NCBI GenBank assembly: GCA_018052565.1
Contig: JAGPNC010000003.1
Coordinates: 587 to 64,586 of the forward strand
Length of the DNA: 64,000 bases
Origin: Candidatus Shapirobacteria bacterium
GTDB lineage: Bacteria > Patescibacteriota > Microgenomatia > 0-14-0-10-38-17
Reading direction: 5' to 3'
The notes below the pieces were generated by a model. That model did not search any database. It had not been told where the DNA came from and saw only the letters and a list, made by a program, of their open reading frames with translations. The position numbers and the translations under genes are program-made. Below, piece by piece: positions 1-8,696 of this stretch. Each line of letters begins with the position of its first letter. Positions within the stretch are counted from its first letter, which is position 1.

Positions 1-1
1 A

Positions 2-289
2 AAAGCACCCTCGCTGGTGGCTCAGTTTGGCCGATTTGTGGTTTCTCCGGAAATTTTTCCTGTCCTCGCCACCCAAAAGCTTTCCCGCGACAACGAACTT
101 TGGTTTGCTGATGCCGTCAACACTTTAGCTAAAAATAAAGTGGCTTTGGCTGTCCCTTTAACTGACGCCGTCTGGATGACCACCGGCGATCCCCTGCGTT
201 GGCTGGAAACTAATCTTGCCGTGGGCCTGCGCCATCCTCAAATTGGCCCGGAACTAAAAAAATTTCTCCAAGAAATTCTTCGCGCCTAA
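2..289 (+). CDS. galU: UTP--glucose-1-phosphate uridylyltransferase, C-terminal fragment (5' end lies outside the window)
   Basis: The open frame runs from the window edge. The C-terminus aligns residue by residue with the GalU C-terminal region (…LTDA…TGD..D.G….GY……GLRHP.IG..FK.FL…). Confidence 0.6.
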   Translation, partial: KAPSLVAQFGRFVVSPEIFPVLATQKLSRDNELWFADAVNTLAKNKVALAVPLTDAVWMTTGDPLRWLETNLAVGLRHPQIGPELKKFLQEILRA

Positions 290-843
290 AGCCCAAATTG
301 CCTCTTGGCTGCCAGAGAATAACGCGCCCCCTCTGGTGAAAGCTTGCTTTCAAAAAGACCGGCTGAAGAAACCCTGAATTCCCTATCGGGAATTTTTGGC
401 AAAGATTTTTTAAAAACTCTTTCTTTTTTAGCAAAGCGCGTCAGGGTAACATGGGGTAAAAATGGCTTGGGGTCAAAGTAAATATCTTTAGCCAAAAGTT
501 CTTCTCCTAACTTTTGCCGAAAAGAGACAAGCCTTGTCTCGTCCTGACCGGCTATTTTCGCCCAAACTCCCCGTGGCCGGCCGGAGCTGGGGAAAAAAGA
601 AAGACCGGCCAAAGAAAGAGTCAAAGGCTTTTCCTTCGCAACCACCCAGAAAAGCACCTCTTCAATTTTTCTTTCTTCTTCTTTGCCTTTTGGGCCAAAG
701 AAAAAAAGCGTCAGGTGAAAATTCTCCAGTACTAAAGGATGGCCGGGGAGCCTTTCGGTTAAGGAAGAAAAAAGCGAGGTTATCTCCTCCGGTAAAAGAA
801 GCGCCAAGAAAAGCCGTTTATTTTTACTGCTTACCACCGTCAT
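286..843 (-). CDS. thpR: RNA 2',3'-cyclic phosphodiesterase / 2'-5' RNA ligase (2H phosphoesterase family)
   Basis: Two H-x-T-x motifs (HLTLFFFG, HVTLTRF) and a typical N-terminus (KRLFLALLLPEEI). I moved the start to the internal Met at 843; the ORF track extends to 915. It overlaps the upstream gene's stop by 20 nt. Confidence 0.65.
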   Translation of the reverse strand: MTVVSSKNKRLFLALLLPEEITSLFSSLTERLPGHPLVLENFHLTLFFFGPKGKEEERKIEEVLFWVVAKEKPLTLSLAGLSFFPSSGRPRGVWAKIAGQDETRLVSFRQKLGEELLAKDIYFDPKPFLPHVTLTRFAKKERVFKKSLPKIPDREFRVSSAGLFESKLSPEGARYSLAAKRQFGL

Positions 844-1768
844 TTGAAAAATTATCTCCCTTAGCAAGAAAACTAACCTTTTCCCCTTTTGCCTTGGGGG
901 CATAGTCCAAAACAAGTTGCCTTGCTTTTTCCTTCACTCCTTTGCTAATCTTTTGGCCAAAAGACCGCGCTAAAACCGTTGGCCCGGGAATTTCGGCCAA
1001 TTCCACTAAATAATCGCCTTTTTCTCCTAATTTTTTAAGTCTTTCGTTTTCTTCTTCATTCCTGCCTACCACAAACAAAACGTTGTTATCCCAAAAATGG
1101 CGGCCTAATTTAAGAAGAGCCAAATCAGAGGCCGTTGGCCGAGGCACAACTCGGAGGAGATCTTTCAACCGCTGGGAAAAAGCCGGATCAGTTAAAAGAC
1201 AACCGCCCGCGGGCGTTTGGTAATTTTTAAGCCCCCACGCCTTTGCCAAAGCTAATTGTTCTTTCCTTTGCTTTCCCTTAATTGAATAAAGCTTTTCCCG
1301 CAAAATGAGTCCTCTCTCTTCCGCTAAAGTGGGGGGTAAAAGTTTTGCCGAAAGGGGACGCAAAACTAGTCTCTCTGCTCCTGCCTCCCCTTCGATTAAC
1401 TTCAACGCGCCAAGGTTTTGGGAAAAAGGGCGTTGGCCCAAAACATCCCCGGTTACCAAAAAAGAAGCCTGCTCTTCTTCCATTATTTCTTTGGCTTTTT
1501 TTAACATCAAGGCATGGCAATCCCGACAGGGATTTAAACCCTTCCCAAAACCATAACGGGGAGACAAAACCAGCGCTAGTTGCTCTTGGGAAATATCAAC
1601 GATTTTTAAAGGAATTCCCAGCTCCTCAGCCTGCTTTCGGACAATGTTTGGAGGATCAAAAAAGTAGCTTTTAAAAGAAACGCCAATTAAACCAATTTTT
1701 TCCTCTTTAACAATTTTTGCCGCCAAAAGGCTATCCAGGCCACCGGAGAGCAAAACCACCGCCTTCAT
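824..1768 (-). CDS. PP-loop superfamily ATPase (ThiI/LarE-like tRNA sulfurtransferase homolog)
   Basis: N-terminal SGGLDS PP-loop, plus a TGDVLGQRPFSQ segment resembling the ThiI ITGESLGQVASQT motif. Confidence 0.5.
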   Translation of the reverse strand: MKAVVLLSGGLDSLLAAKIVKEEKIGLIGVSFKSYFFDPPNIVRKQAEELGIPLKIVDISQEQLALVLSPRYGFGKGLNPCRDCHALMLKKAKEIMEEEQASFLVTGDVLGQRPFSQNLGALKLIEGEAGAERLVLRPLSAKLLPPTLAEERGLILREKLYSIKGKQRKEQLALAKAWGLKNYQTPAGGCLLTDPAFSQRLKDLLRVVPRPTASDLALLKLGRHFWDNNVLFVVGRNEEENERLKKLGEKGDYLVELAEIPGPTVLARSFGQKISKGVKEKARQLVLDYAPKAKGEKVSFLAKGDNFSNDGGKQ

Positions 1769-1854
1769 GTTTATATTATAAAGCCTACATTATAAAGCTT
1801 GCCTTACACAAACTATCATCCGCTTAAAAACTTTAAAACCGCCAAGTTAATTTC

Positions 1855-1878
1855 TCTGAAATACTATGTAGTATTCCA
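1855..1878. promoter_or_regulatory. palindromic operator-like motif, copy 1 (cTGAAATACTA-TG-TAGTATTcc)
   Basis: Inverted repeat read directly from the sequence. It lies about 90 bp upstream of the PP-loop ATPase gene start (minus strand). Confidence 0.4.
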
Positions 1879-1920
1879 AAAAATTCTAAGACATAATTTC
1901 CGCCAACAGAAAACACAACG

Positions 1921-1944
1921 AAATATTACATAGTATTTTAAAAT
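1921..1944. promoter_or_regulatory. palindromic operator-like motif, copy 2 (degenerate, reverse orientation)
   Basis: aaatattacatagtatttta. The reverse complement is aaaatactatgtaatatt, so the same half-sites are present with one mismatch. Confidence 0.3.
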
Positions 1945-1959
1945 AAAAATCTCTTGCGG

Positions 1960-2331
1960 TTATTTCTTCTCTTCGGCGGAGAGAATGCCTAGTTGCTCTA
2001 AAATACGATCAACTTGAGGATGAGAAACGGGCCGGAAACAGTCGGCGGCCATCTTTTTATCAATTTTTTTCTGCCTCTCATCCTCTTCTTGGGGATAAAT
2101 AAAAATTAAATAAATTGCTCTTGCTAATTCCGGCTGGGAAACAAGCAATTGGTGAATTTTACTAATGGTAGTCGGCCCAACGTTGATTTCTTTTTCAATT
2201 TTTTTATATTCATATCCTTTTAAAATTAAAATCGCCACGGCCAATCTTTTGGCAAAAACCTCCCTCTCGCGCGGCGTTAAAAAAATTTCTAAGAAGAGTT
2301 TCTTTTCGAAGGGAGAATCCAGCGACTCCAC
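1960..2331 (-). CDS. TrpR-related YerC/YecD family DNA-binding protein
   Basis: LTPREREVFAKRLAVAILILKGYEYKKIEKEINVGPTTISKI is a conserved YerC/YecD HTH core. The gene is small (123 aa). Confidence 0.65.
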   Translation of the reverse strand: MESLDSPFEKKLFLEIFLTPREREVFAKRLAVAILILKGYEYKKIEKEINVGPTTISKIHQLLVSQPELARAIYLIFIYPQEEDERQKKIDKKMAADCFRPVSHPQVDRILEQLGILSAEEKK

Positions 2332-2732
2332 AAATAAATCAAGATCCGCTAAAATTTTTTCTCGCGTTTTAAAGGAAGCAAAATTTTAGGCAGGCGACTC
2401 ATTTTTCTTTTTAAAACAACTTTCTTTATTCTACAACTTTTTAAAAATTTTAAGAAGAATAAACTTATGAAATATTATGGTGGGAACATAATTCGTCATC
2501 CCGACCCCATTATAAATGACGCTTAGGAGAGGGCTAAAGGGAAGGTGTCATCCTGATGAAAATCAGGATCTGTCTTTAATCTTCAACCAATAATCAATGA
2601 GACAATTTTTAAAAAGACTAATAAATGAAAATTAAAAATTATCTCTTGGTCATGAACCAAGTTCAGGATGGCATTAAACCCCGCCCCGCCGGCAGACAAG
2701 TAAATTTACGACAGCATTAGGAGTTACGCCCT

Positions 2733-2764
2733 AGCTCTAAAATACTATGTAGTATTTCAGAGCT
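2733..2764. promoter_or_regulatory. palindromic operator-like motif, copy 3 (extended: AGCTCTAAAATACTA-TG-TAGTATTTCAGAGCT)
   Basis: Perfect 15-bp arms. It sits in the 0.5 kb noncoding region upstream of the YerC-like gene. Confidence 0.4.
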
Positions 2765-2877
2765 AAAAATGTCAATCATGCCCCTTCTACTACCGCTTTT
2801 TGCTAATGAGCCGCTTGCTCTTTTTAACATTTTTCTCGACAGAAAGCGGACATAAAAAGCCCCTTCCAAATTTAAAT

Positions 2878-3897
2878 TTAAAACCAAAAAAGCGGGCTTT
2901 GGAGACGACGCAAGAATTTCTGGCCGGCAAAATTTAGAGCCGGGTTGGGAGAAGACAAATAATAATTAGCTAAACCTAAATTAGCCCTGTAAGAAGAAGG
3001 GTTTGCCTCGTAAGCTTTTTTAAAAAACCACAAGGCTTTTTCTCCTTCTCCCGCCGTTTGGAAGAAATTGGCCAAAGAGACAAGGCCGCAAGAAGAAGAG
3101 TTTTCTGCCGCTAACTTATTCTCATCTAAAACAATGGCGCTCGCCGCCGGCGAGGAGGTAAAAATCACCACCGCATCATCTAAATAAACTAACTTCCAGG
3201 CGGGATCGTGATAGAGGCGGCTTAAAAAAGTCTGAAACCATGGCGTCTGGTCATGGTGAAAAAGAAAAACTTCCTCAATTTGCCATTTGGCTACTAATTT
3301 TTCCCAAGTCTCGCTGTCTTCTTGAGCCTGACGATATTCTTCCCAAAACTCCGTCGGATAAGCCTCGGGACGGAAGTCGGTAAAAACTGGCCACTGGGGC
3401 CAAAGACAGCCCGCTAAAAAACTGCCGATGTCAAAATTATTGAAAAAATGAGTTCCCGGCACAGAATAAGTTTTAAAAAACTCCACTCCCCTCTCGGCTT
3501 CTTTTTCTCCTCCCCAGCCGAAAGAAGCTTCTCTATCATTAATCAGGTAATAATGGTTACTCGCATAAAAAACGGTAAAAAAGACAAAAGCCAAAAGGTT
3601 GAAAATAACCAAAGCGGGCTTTAACTTTTTGGATAAAGGGGAGTTAATTTTGTCCCAGAGGCGAGGCAAATTTCGGCCTAAAACAAAAAACGAAAAAAGA
3701 GCAAAAAACGGAAAGTGGCGGATTTGCCAAAAGGCGGCTCCTGATAGCGCTAACCAAACGGAAAAAAGCAAGCCATCGCGGCGAAGAAACATAAAGGTAA
3801 GTAAAACCAGAACAAAACAAAGCTTAAAAAAGAAGATGTTGCGAAAACCGCCAAAGCCTCCCAAAAAAAAAGATTGACTGATTTTCCGCAATCTCAT
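2878..3897 (-). CDS. hypothetical membrane-anchored protein with TPR-like C-terminus; possibly the C-terminal part of a frameshifted larger membrane protein
   Basis: TM helices at the N-terminus and a soluble W/F-rich domain. It overlaps the next ORF by 74 nt in another frame, across an A9 homopolymer (3857-3865). Confidence 0.4.
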   Translation of the reverse strand: MRLRKISQSFFLGGFGGFRNIFFFKLCFVLVLLTFMFLRRDGLLFSVWLALSGAAFWQIRHFPFFALFSFFVLGRNLPRLWDKINSPLSKKLKPALVIFNLLAFVFFTVFYASNHYYLINDREASFGWGGEKEAERGVEFFKTYSVPGTHFFNNFDIGSFLAGCLWPQWPVFTDFRPEAYPTEFWEEYRQAQEDSETWEKLVAKWQIEEVFLFHHDQTPWFQTFLSRLYHDPAWKLVYLDDAVVIFTSSPAASAIVLDENKLAAENSSSCGLVSLANFFQTAGEGEKALWFFKKAYEANPSSYRANLGLANYYLSSPNPALNFAGQKFLRRLQSPLFWF

Positions 3898-4609
3898 AAC
3901 CGTAGTTTTCCCAAATCAGAAAAGGCGCCAGCGCCCCCCTTAAGCCATAAGGATTAACTAAATTCGCCAAAATGGCCAAAACCACCGGTATGCTTTGGCG
4001 CGAAAACAGTTTCTTTTCCCTCCAAAGAGAAAAAAAATAGGCTACCAGAAGAAGGTCGCCAAAAACAAAAGAAAGATGGGCATTAACCCAAAACGCCTGG
4101 CAAATCGGTAAAAGATAAAGCCAGCGCTTTTCTCCCCTGTGGCTCTTGGCAAAAACTAAAAGATAAAGGGCGAAAAAGAAAAAGCCGAAAATTTCCGGCC
4201 GGACATCGGTTCTTTCCCGAAAAACCAAAAGAGGCAAAAGAAGAGCCGTAAAAGAAAGAAAGGCATTTTCTTCATCAACCACCAGAAAAAAAATTATCCC
4301 AAAGGCCAGAAGAAAAAGAAGAACCTTAAAGGCAACAAGCGCCCGATCCCCTCCTAAGCTAAAAACCTGATAAAAGACAACCTCCGCCAGCCAATGATGA
4401 TTGGTAAAGGGAAAATCGGGGGAAGTATAGGAAAAAAGATTTGTCCGCGGCAGATAATGCTCTTTTGAAATTACCTCCCCCAACCTTAGGTGGCGGCCTA
4501 AATCCTGACTCCACTCCCGGGTGGTAGTGTGAAAATAAAAAATAAAAACTAAAATAAGACTTAAAATTAGCCAAAAGAATTTTTTCCGGCTCACTTCCTT
4601 GGAGACCAA
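3824..4609 (-). CDS. polytopic integral membrane protein (possible N-terminal part of a split or frameshifted gene)
   Basis: About 8 predicted hydrophobic helices. It ends inside the start of the downstream ORF. Confidence 0.4.
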   Translation of the reverse strand: MVSKEVSRKKFFWLILSLILVFIFYFHTTTREWSQDLGRHLRLGEVISKEHYLPRTNLFSYTSPDFPFTNHHWLAEVVFYQVFSLGGDRALVAFKVLLFLLAFGIIFFLVVDEENAFLSFTALLLPLLVFRERTDVRPEIFGFFFFALYLLVFAKSHRGEKRWLYLLPICQAFWVNAHLSFVFGDLLLVAYFFSLWREKKLFSRQSIPVVLAILANLVNPYGLRGALAPFLIWENYGYEIAENQSIFFFGRLWRFSQHLLF

Positions 4610-5340
4610 AATATTCCCAAGGGGATCTTATCGTTGTTCTCTCCTAAAAATTCGAGTAAAGAGGAGTAGTTTTTCGGAGTGTTTTGGGGGTAATAAATTC
4701 TTTTTCTAAAATATTCTTGGTTATAATCATCGGACCAAACTAAACAGGGCATTATTATTTCTACCAAGGAAAAACCTTGGTGCTTGATGGCGGCTTCAAT
4801 GATAGCAGTGGCTTGGGGAAGATCAAAGGCGAAGGCACGAGAGAGGAAGGCCTTGGGCGAGGCGGCGGCGGTCAAGAGGAGAGGTTGAAGGGGAGGATAA
4901 GGATTGCCTTGAGGGGTGGATTTTGTTGCCAAACCGGCGGGGGTGGCGGAGGAAGCCTGACCGGCAGTAAGGGCAAAAACCAAATTATTGTGAAGCAAAA
5001 CGGTAATATTGTCATTTCTTTGAGCAGCGTGAATCAGATGATTAGCGCCTTCGTTTAAAAGACCGCCATCCCCTGCTTGGGCAATCACCGTTAATCCGGG
5101 ATTGGCCAACTTAGCCCCCACGGCCACCGGCACCGAGCGGCCATGGAGGGTGGCAAACCCGCAAACCCGCAAAAGATTAACCATATTTCCCCCGCAACCA
5201 ATATCATAAGTGACTACCGCGTCTTTTGGGGCAATTTTAAGCTCTACCAGAGCCTGTTTCAAGCTTTGCAAAACCCCAAAATTGCCGCACCCCGGACACC
5301 AGGTAGGAAGCTGGTTGGTAGAATAATTATTTATATTCAT
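4591..5340 (-). CDS. porB: 2-oxoacid:ferredoxin oxidoreductase, beta (TPP-binding) subunit
   Basis: CPGCGNFG cysteine motif, GDG TPP-binding motif, and a length typical of PorB/KorB. Confidence 0.8.
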   Translation of the reverse strand: MNINNYSTNQLPTWCPGCGNFGVLQSLKQALVELKIAPKDAVVTYDIGCGGNMVNLLRVCGFATLHGRSVPVAVGAKLANPGLTVIAQAGDGGLLNEGANHLIHAAQRNDNITVLLHNNLVFALTAGQASSATPAGLATKSTPQGNPYPPLQPLLLTAAASPKAFLSRAFAFDLPQATAIIEAAIKHQGFSLVEIIMPCLVWSDDYNQEYFRKRIYYPQNTPKNYSSLLEFLGENNDKIPLGIFWSPRK

Positions 5341-5370
5341 AATGGTAAGATAAATTTTTTAATGGCCGAG

Positions 5371-6333
5371 CTACCCCCTCTTCACTCTCTCTAAAGTCTC
5401 CAGATATTCCCTTGCGTCGCTAACGCTTTCCATCACAAACATCTCATTTTTATCCCCCCTTAACATTAAACACAATCCTCCCATCTGCCCTCCACCACCC
5501 ATGCCTCTCTTTGGCCCAAACTCATCATCAATTTTATAACACCCCCCAACGATTGCCAAGCGGCTCTTTCCGCCCCGCTGGAAAGAAAGATGCTCTCTGA
5601 CATGGTAATGCCCTAAATAGGAGACATCGGCATCGGGATAGACATGCTCTATAAATCTCTTACAGGCATTTGTCGGATTTAATTTACTCGCTCCCCAAAA
5701 TCTGTGGGTCATCGCTATCTTGTATTCCTGACTGCCATACTTAATCGTCAGCAAGCCCCCGCAGTTAAAGACAGGACAGGGCATATCTCTCAACCAAGTC
5801 CCCTCAAAACTTAACCCCCCTTTTTGGGAAAAGTCTTCGTGGTTGCCAAAGCTCATCGCTATCAGCTTTTCCTGTTTGGCTAATTTTCTCATTAACCCCT
5901 GAACAAGCAACGCCTGCTGTTCGGGAGTAATGCTATCTTCATAGACGCCAGCGGCTTGGGCGGTGTCAACCAAAAAGTTGTCGGCTAAGTCGCCGTTAGT
6001 GATAACATAAAGGTTCGGGGTTTTGCTGACAACCTCATAATCCCTCCAAAAGCCTCCATAATCGGTAAAAACGCTCCCAGCGTGTAAGTCGTTTAAAAGC
6101 CAAATGCCGATGGGAAGTTCGGGATGCTGGGGGTGGATTTCTACCGTTGCCTCTCTCTGGCCAACGGAATTCTCTTGGGCCAATCTTCTTGCCTCAGCTA
6201 AATGAGCCAAAAATCTTTCTTCGTTAAATGTCTGGGTTTTCTTATCTTCAAAAATAATTTCTTCTTGGGGTGGGACGACTATTCGTTTTACTTCCCTTCC
6301 TGATTTGTTGGCAATAATTATCTCTTTTCCCAT
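5371..6333 (-). CDS. calcineurin-like metallophosphoesterase
   Basis: GDLADNF, GNHE and GHYH metallophosphoesterase motifs. Confidence 0.7.
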   Translation of the reverse strand: MGKEIIIANKSGREVKRIVVPPQEEIIFEDKKTQTFNEERFLAHLAEARRLAQENSVGQREATVEIHPQHPELPIGIWLLNDLHAGSVFTDYGGFWRDYEVVSKTPNLYVITNGDLADNFLVDTAQAAGVYEDSITPEQQALLVQGLMRKLAKQEKLIAMSFGNHEDFSQKGGLSFEGTWLRDMPCPVFNCGGLLTIKYGSQEYKIAMTHRFWGASKLNPTNACKRFIEHVYPDADVSYLGHYHVREHLSFQRGGKSRLAIVGGCYKIDDEFGPKRGMGGGGQMGGLCLMLRGDKNEMFVMESVSDAREYLETLERVKRG

Positions 6334-6645
6334 AAAAACCCTTAAAATTTAGCCTCAACGGCTTCACCAAATAGGCCTAAAAGCCGAAAACTATTTTTTC
6401 CTTCCCTATTTTTTCGTACACCGCCTCAAATAAAATCCTCTCTTGCCCAGCGAGGTATTATCAAGATTCTTCCCCTCGCCTCAAATCTCCCCAGATTGGC
6501 GATAAACTTAATACGGGCCGTACGCCGTGGGCTTTCTATAGCTGTCATTCTTCTGGCCAAAGCCAAAATCTGTCTTAATTTAAGATTTACAACCTGCACA
6601 CGCTGGCGAAATCCCACACCGCATGGCACGGGGCAAGGTAAGTTT

Positions 6646-8394
6646 TCATTGGATTTTTCCTCCGGCCCCGCCCCCGGCGGGGTCAGCCTCGGGCAAGAGC
6701 CCCCCTTGGGCGGGAACTTTCTCTTCTATCTCTCCTTCAAAAAACGGCCGGCCATCATCTTTAAGAATCTGCTGGCCAACATTAAGCCCCGTTTCCATTT
6801 TGACTAATCTGGCCAACTGACCGCTACTGTTATTCTCAATGCTAATAATTTTTTTTGCTTTCCCCAAAATTTCTTTTGCTTCCTGAGGAAACGGCCAAGG
6901 CCGCCAAAAATGCAAAAAATTAACCGCCGATCCTTGTTCCAAAAGCTTTTCCTGCGCCCGCAAAACCGCCGCTTTAGTTGAGCCAAAAGAAACAAGGGTG
7001 ATTTTGGCATCTTTCGGGCCATAAAGAGTGCTACCGGGAGAAGAAAACCCCGCCAGCTTTTTTAACAATTTCTCTTTCATTTTAACTCTTGTCTGAGCGT
7101 CCTCTTGAGAAAATCCTTCCTCATCATGAACATAAGAATTAGTTAAAAATGGGGTTTGGCCGGGAAATGCCCGCGGCGAAATGCCGTCCTCGGTTAATTG
7201 ATAGCGCCGGTAAACTTTTAAGTCCGTCGCGTTGGCTAATTTCCCCCGATTAACCTTTAAGCCCCATTTTTCGGCAGAAAAAAAATCGCTTGAGAAAACG
7301 CTTTCGCTTAAATATTTATCGGTTAAAACCACCACCGGCAGCTGGTAAATTTCCGCTAAATTAAAGGCCTCAAAAGTAAGCCGATAAGCCTCAGCCGGAT
7401 CACCCGGGGAAAAAATAATTCGGGGAAATTCCCCCTGCCCGGCGGAGATTAAAAACAGCAAGTCCTCTTGCGAGGTCCAGGTGGCCATACCAGTTGAGGG
7501 ACCGGTGCGCATCCCCTCCACTACCACCAAAGGAATTTCGGCGGCTCCGGCCATGCCAAAAGCCTCAACCATTAAAGAAAACCCGCCGCCGGAGGTGGCC
7601 ACCATCGCCCGCCGGCCGGCAAAAGAAGCACCAATAGCGCTGTTAATTCCCGCAATTTCATCTTCGGGGGTAAAAACAATCATTTTATTCTCCTCTTTTT
7701 TTTGCGCTAAAATCGCCAAAATGGAGTTAATGGGCGTCATCGGATAAATAGCGGCAAAGCCAACTCCGGCTTCCAAGGCCCCCCGGGAGATAGCTTCATT
7801 ACCACTCAAAAACAACTGACTTTTCCCGACCTTCGGCAGCGGGGGAACATCTTTTCCTGCCCAGCTGATTTTAGCGGCCATTTTGTATCCTTCCTCCGCC
7901 GCCTTTTGGTTGCCGCTCACCACTTTTTCTCCCTTAGCACTAAAAGCATTTTTAAGACTCTCTCTTAAGGCCGAAAAAGGTAAGCCCATAAGGCCAAAAA
8001 CAGCGCCGGCGGCTACCGAGTTGCGCGCCAAAAAAAATCCGGCTGTTTTTTGAGCAATTTCGTCCAACGGCAAACCAACTGCTTCGCTATATTGAAGTGG
8101 TTTGTTTTCCCCTGTGTTATATAATAATAATCCTCCCTTTTTTCTCTCCGATAAATACAAGGGAATATTTTCCGGAGAAAAAATCACCAAAAGATCGCTT
8201 TTTTTCTCGGGAAGAGGCGAGGAATGGTCGGCAGAAAAAGAAATCTGGCTCACATTATCACCCCCCCGAATACGCGAAGGATATTCGGGATAAGAAAGAA
8301 CCGAAAAACCTAAACTGCTTAATGCCTCTCCCACCGCCCGTCCGCCTTCCATAATCCCAAAACCAGCGGGAGCGGAAAATTTAATCGAAAACAT
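6646..8394 (-). CDS. porA: 2-oxoacid:ferredoxin oxidoreductase, fused gamma/alpha subunit (3' end altered by a repeat insertion)
   Basis: N-terminal gamma-like domain followed by alpha-subunit motifs (GNEAISRGALEAGVGFAAIYPMTP). The last ~25 codons are the translation of a GC-rich repeat core (6661-6715). Confidence 0.7.
   Translation of the reverse strand: MFSIKFSAPAGFGIMEGGRAVGEALSSLGFSVLSYPEYPSRIRGGDNVSQISFSADHSSPLPEKKSDLLVIFSPENIPLYLSERKKGGLLLYNTGENKPLQYSEAVGLPLDEIAQKTAGFFLARNSVAAGAVFGLMGLPFSALRESLKNAFSAKGEKVVSGNQKAAEEGYKMAAKISWAGKDVPPLPKVGKSQLFLSGNEAISRGALEAGVGFAAIYPMTPINSILAILAQKKEENKMIVFTPEDEIAGINSAIGASFAGRRAMVATSGGGFSLMVEAFGMAGAAEIPLVVVEGMRTGPSTGMATWTSQEDLLFLISAGQGEFPRIIFSPGDPAEAYRLTFEAFNLAEIYQLPVVVLTDKYLSESVFSSDFFSAEKWGLKVNRGKLANATDLKVYRRYQLTEDGISPRAFPGQTPFLTNSYVHDEEGFSQEDAQTRVKMKEKLLKKLAGFSSPGSTLYGPKDAKITLVSFGSTKAAVLRAQEKLLEQGSAVNFLHFWRPWPFPQEAKEILGKAKKIISIENNSSGQLARLVKMETGLNVGQQILKDDGRPFFEGEIEEKVPAQGGLLPEADPAGGGAGGKIQ
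6661..6715. repeat. GC-rich hairpin-core repeat inside the 3' end of porA
   Basis: ccggccccgcccccggcggggtcagcctcgggcaagagccccccttgggcgggaac resembles the cores at 20141, 24223 and 39291. Confidence 0.6.
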
Positions 8395-8411
8395 CTTGTT
8401 TTTCTAAAAAA

Positions 8412-8693
8412 TTAACGCCAAAATTCAGGGATTGAAATTGGCGCTCGCGGTAAAAGTTTCTGCAATAAGGCAATAACATCCAGGCCAATTTCCTGTAATA
8501 AAGGCAAAGAAGCGGGCACAAAAATTATCAAGAGAATAAGCCAAACAAAGCTTTTCTTCACCAATTCAATAAGAGATTTGAGAAGGAAAATGAAGACAAC
8601 CAAGGAAATAATTCCCCCCATCCAATCCGGGAAAACCGTTAAGAACTGCTGCCAAAGAGAATAAAGCTGGTCGAGAAAAAAGTTAAGGGACAT
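8412..8693 (-). CDS. small hydrophobic membrane protein
   Basis: A 93-aa ORF with two TM helices. Confidence 0.35.
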   Translation of the reverse strand: MSLNFFLDQLYSLWQQFLTVFPDWMGGIISLVVFIFLLKSLIELVKKSFVWLILLIIFVPASLPLLQEIGLDVIALLQKLLPRAPISIPEFWR

Positions 8694-8696
8694 GCC

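Noticed and set aside
1305-1674. Two plus-strand ORFs (83 and 109 aa)
   Set aside because: They lie entirely inside, and antisense to, the PP-loop ATPase gene. They are Pro/Lys-rich low-complexity translations.
2547-2575. Possible hammerhead ribozyme (CUGAUGA followed by GAAA)
   Set aside because: CUGAUGA is immediately followed by AAAUCAGG. There is no stem II between CUGAUGA and GAAA, and no stem III or cleavage-site context. It is just an 8-bp hairpin with a GAAA loop.
4777-5058. Gly-rich 93-aa ORF
   Set aside because: It is antisense inside porB, and its composition is driven by the complementary strand of the coding sequence.
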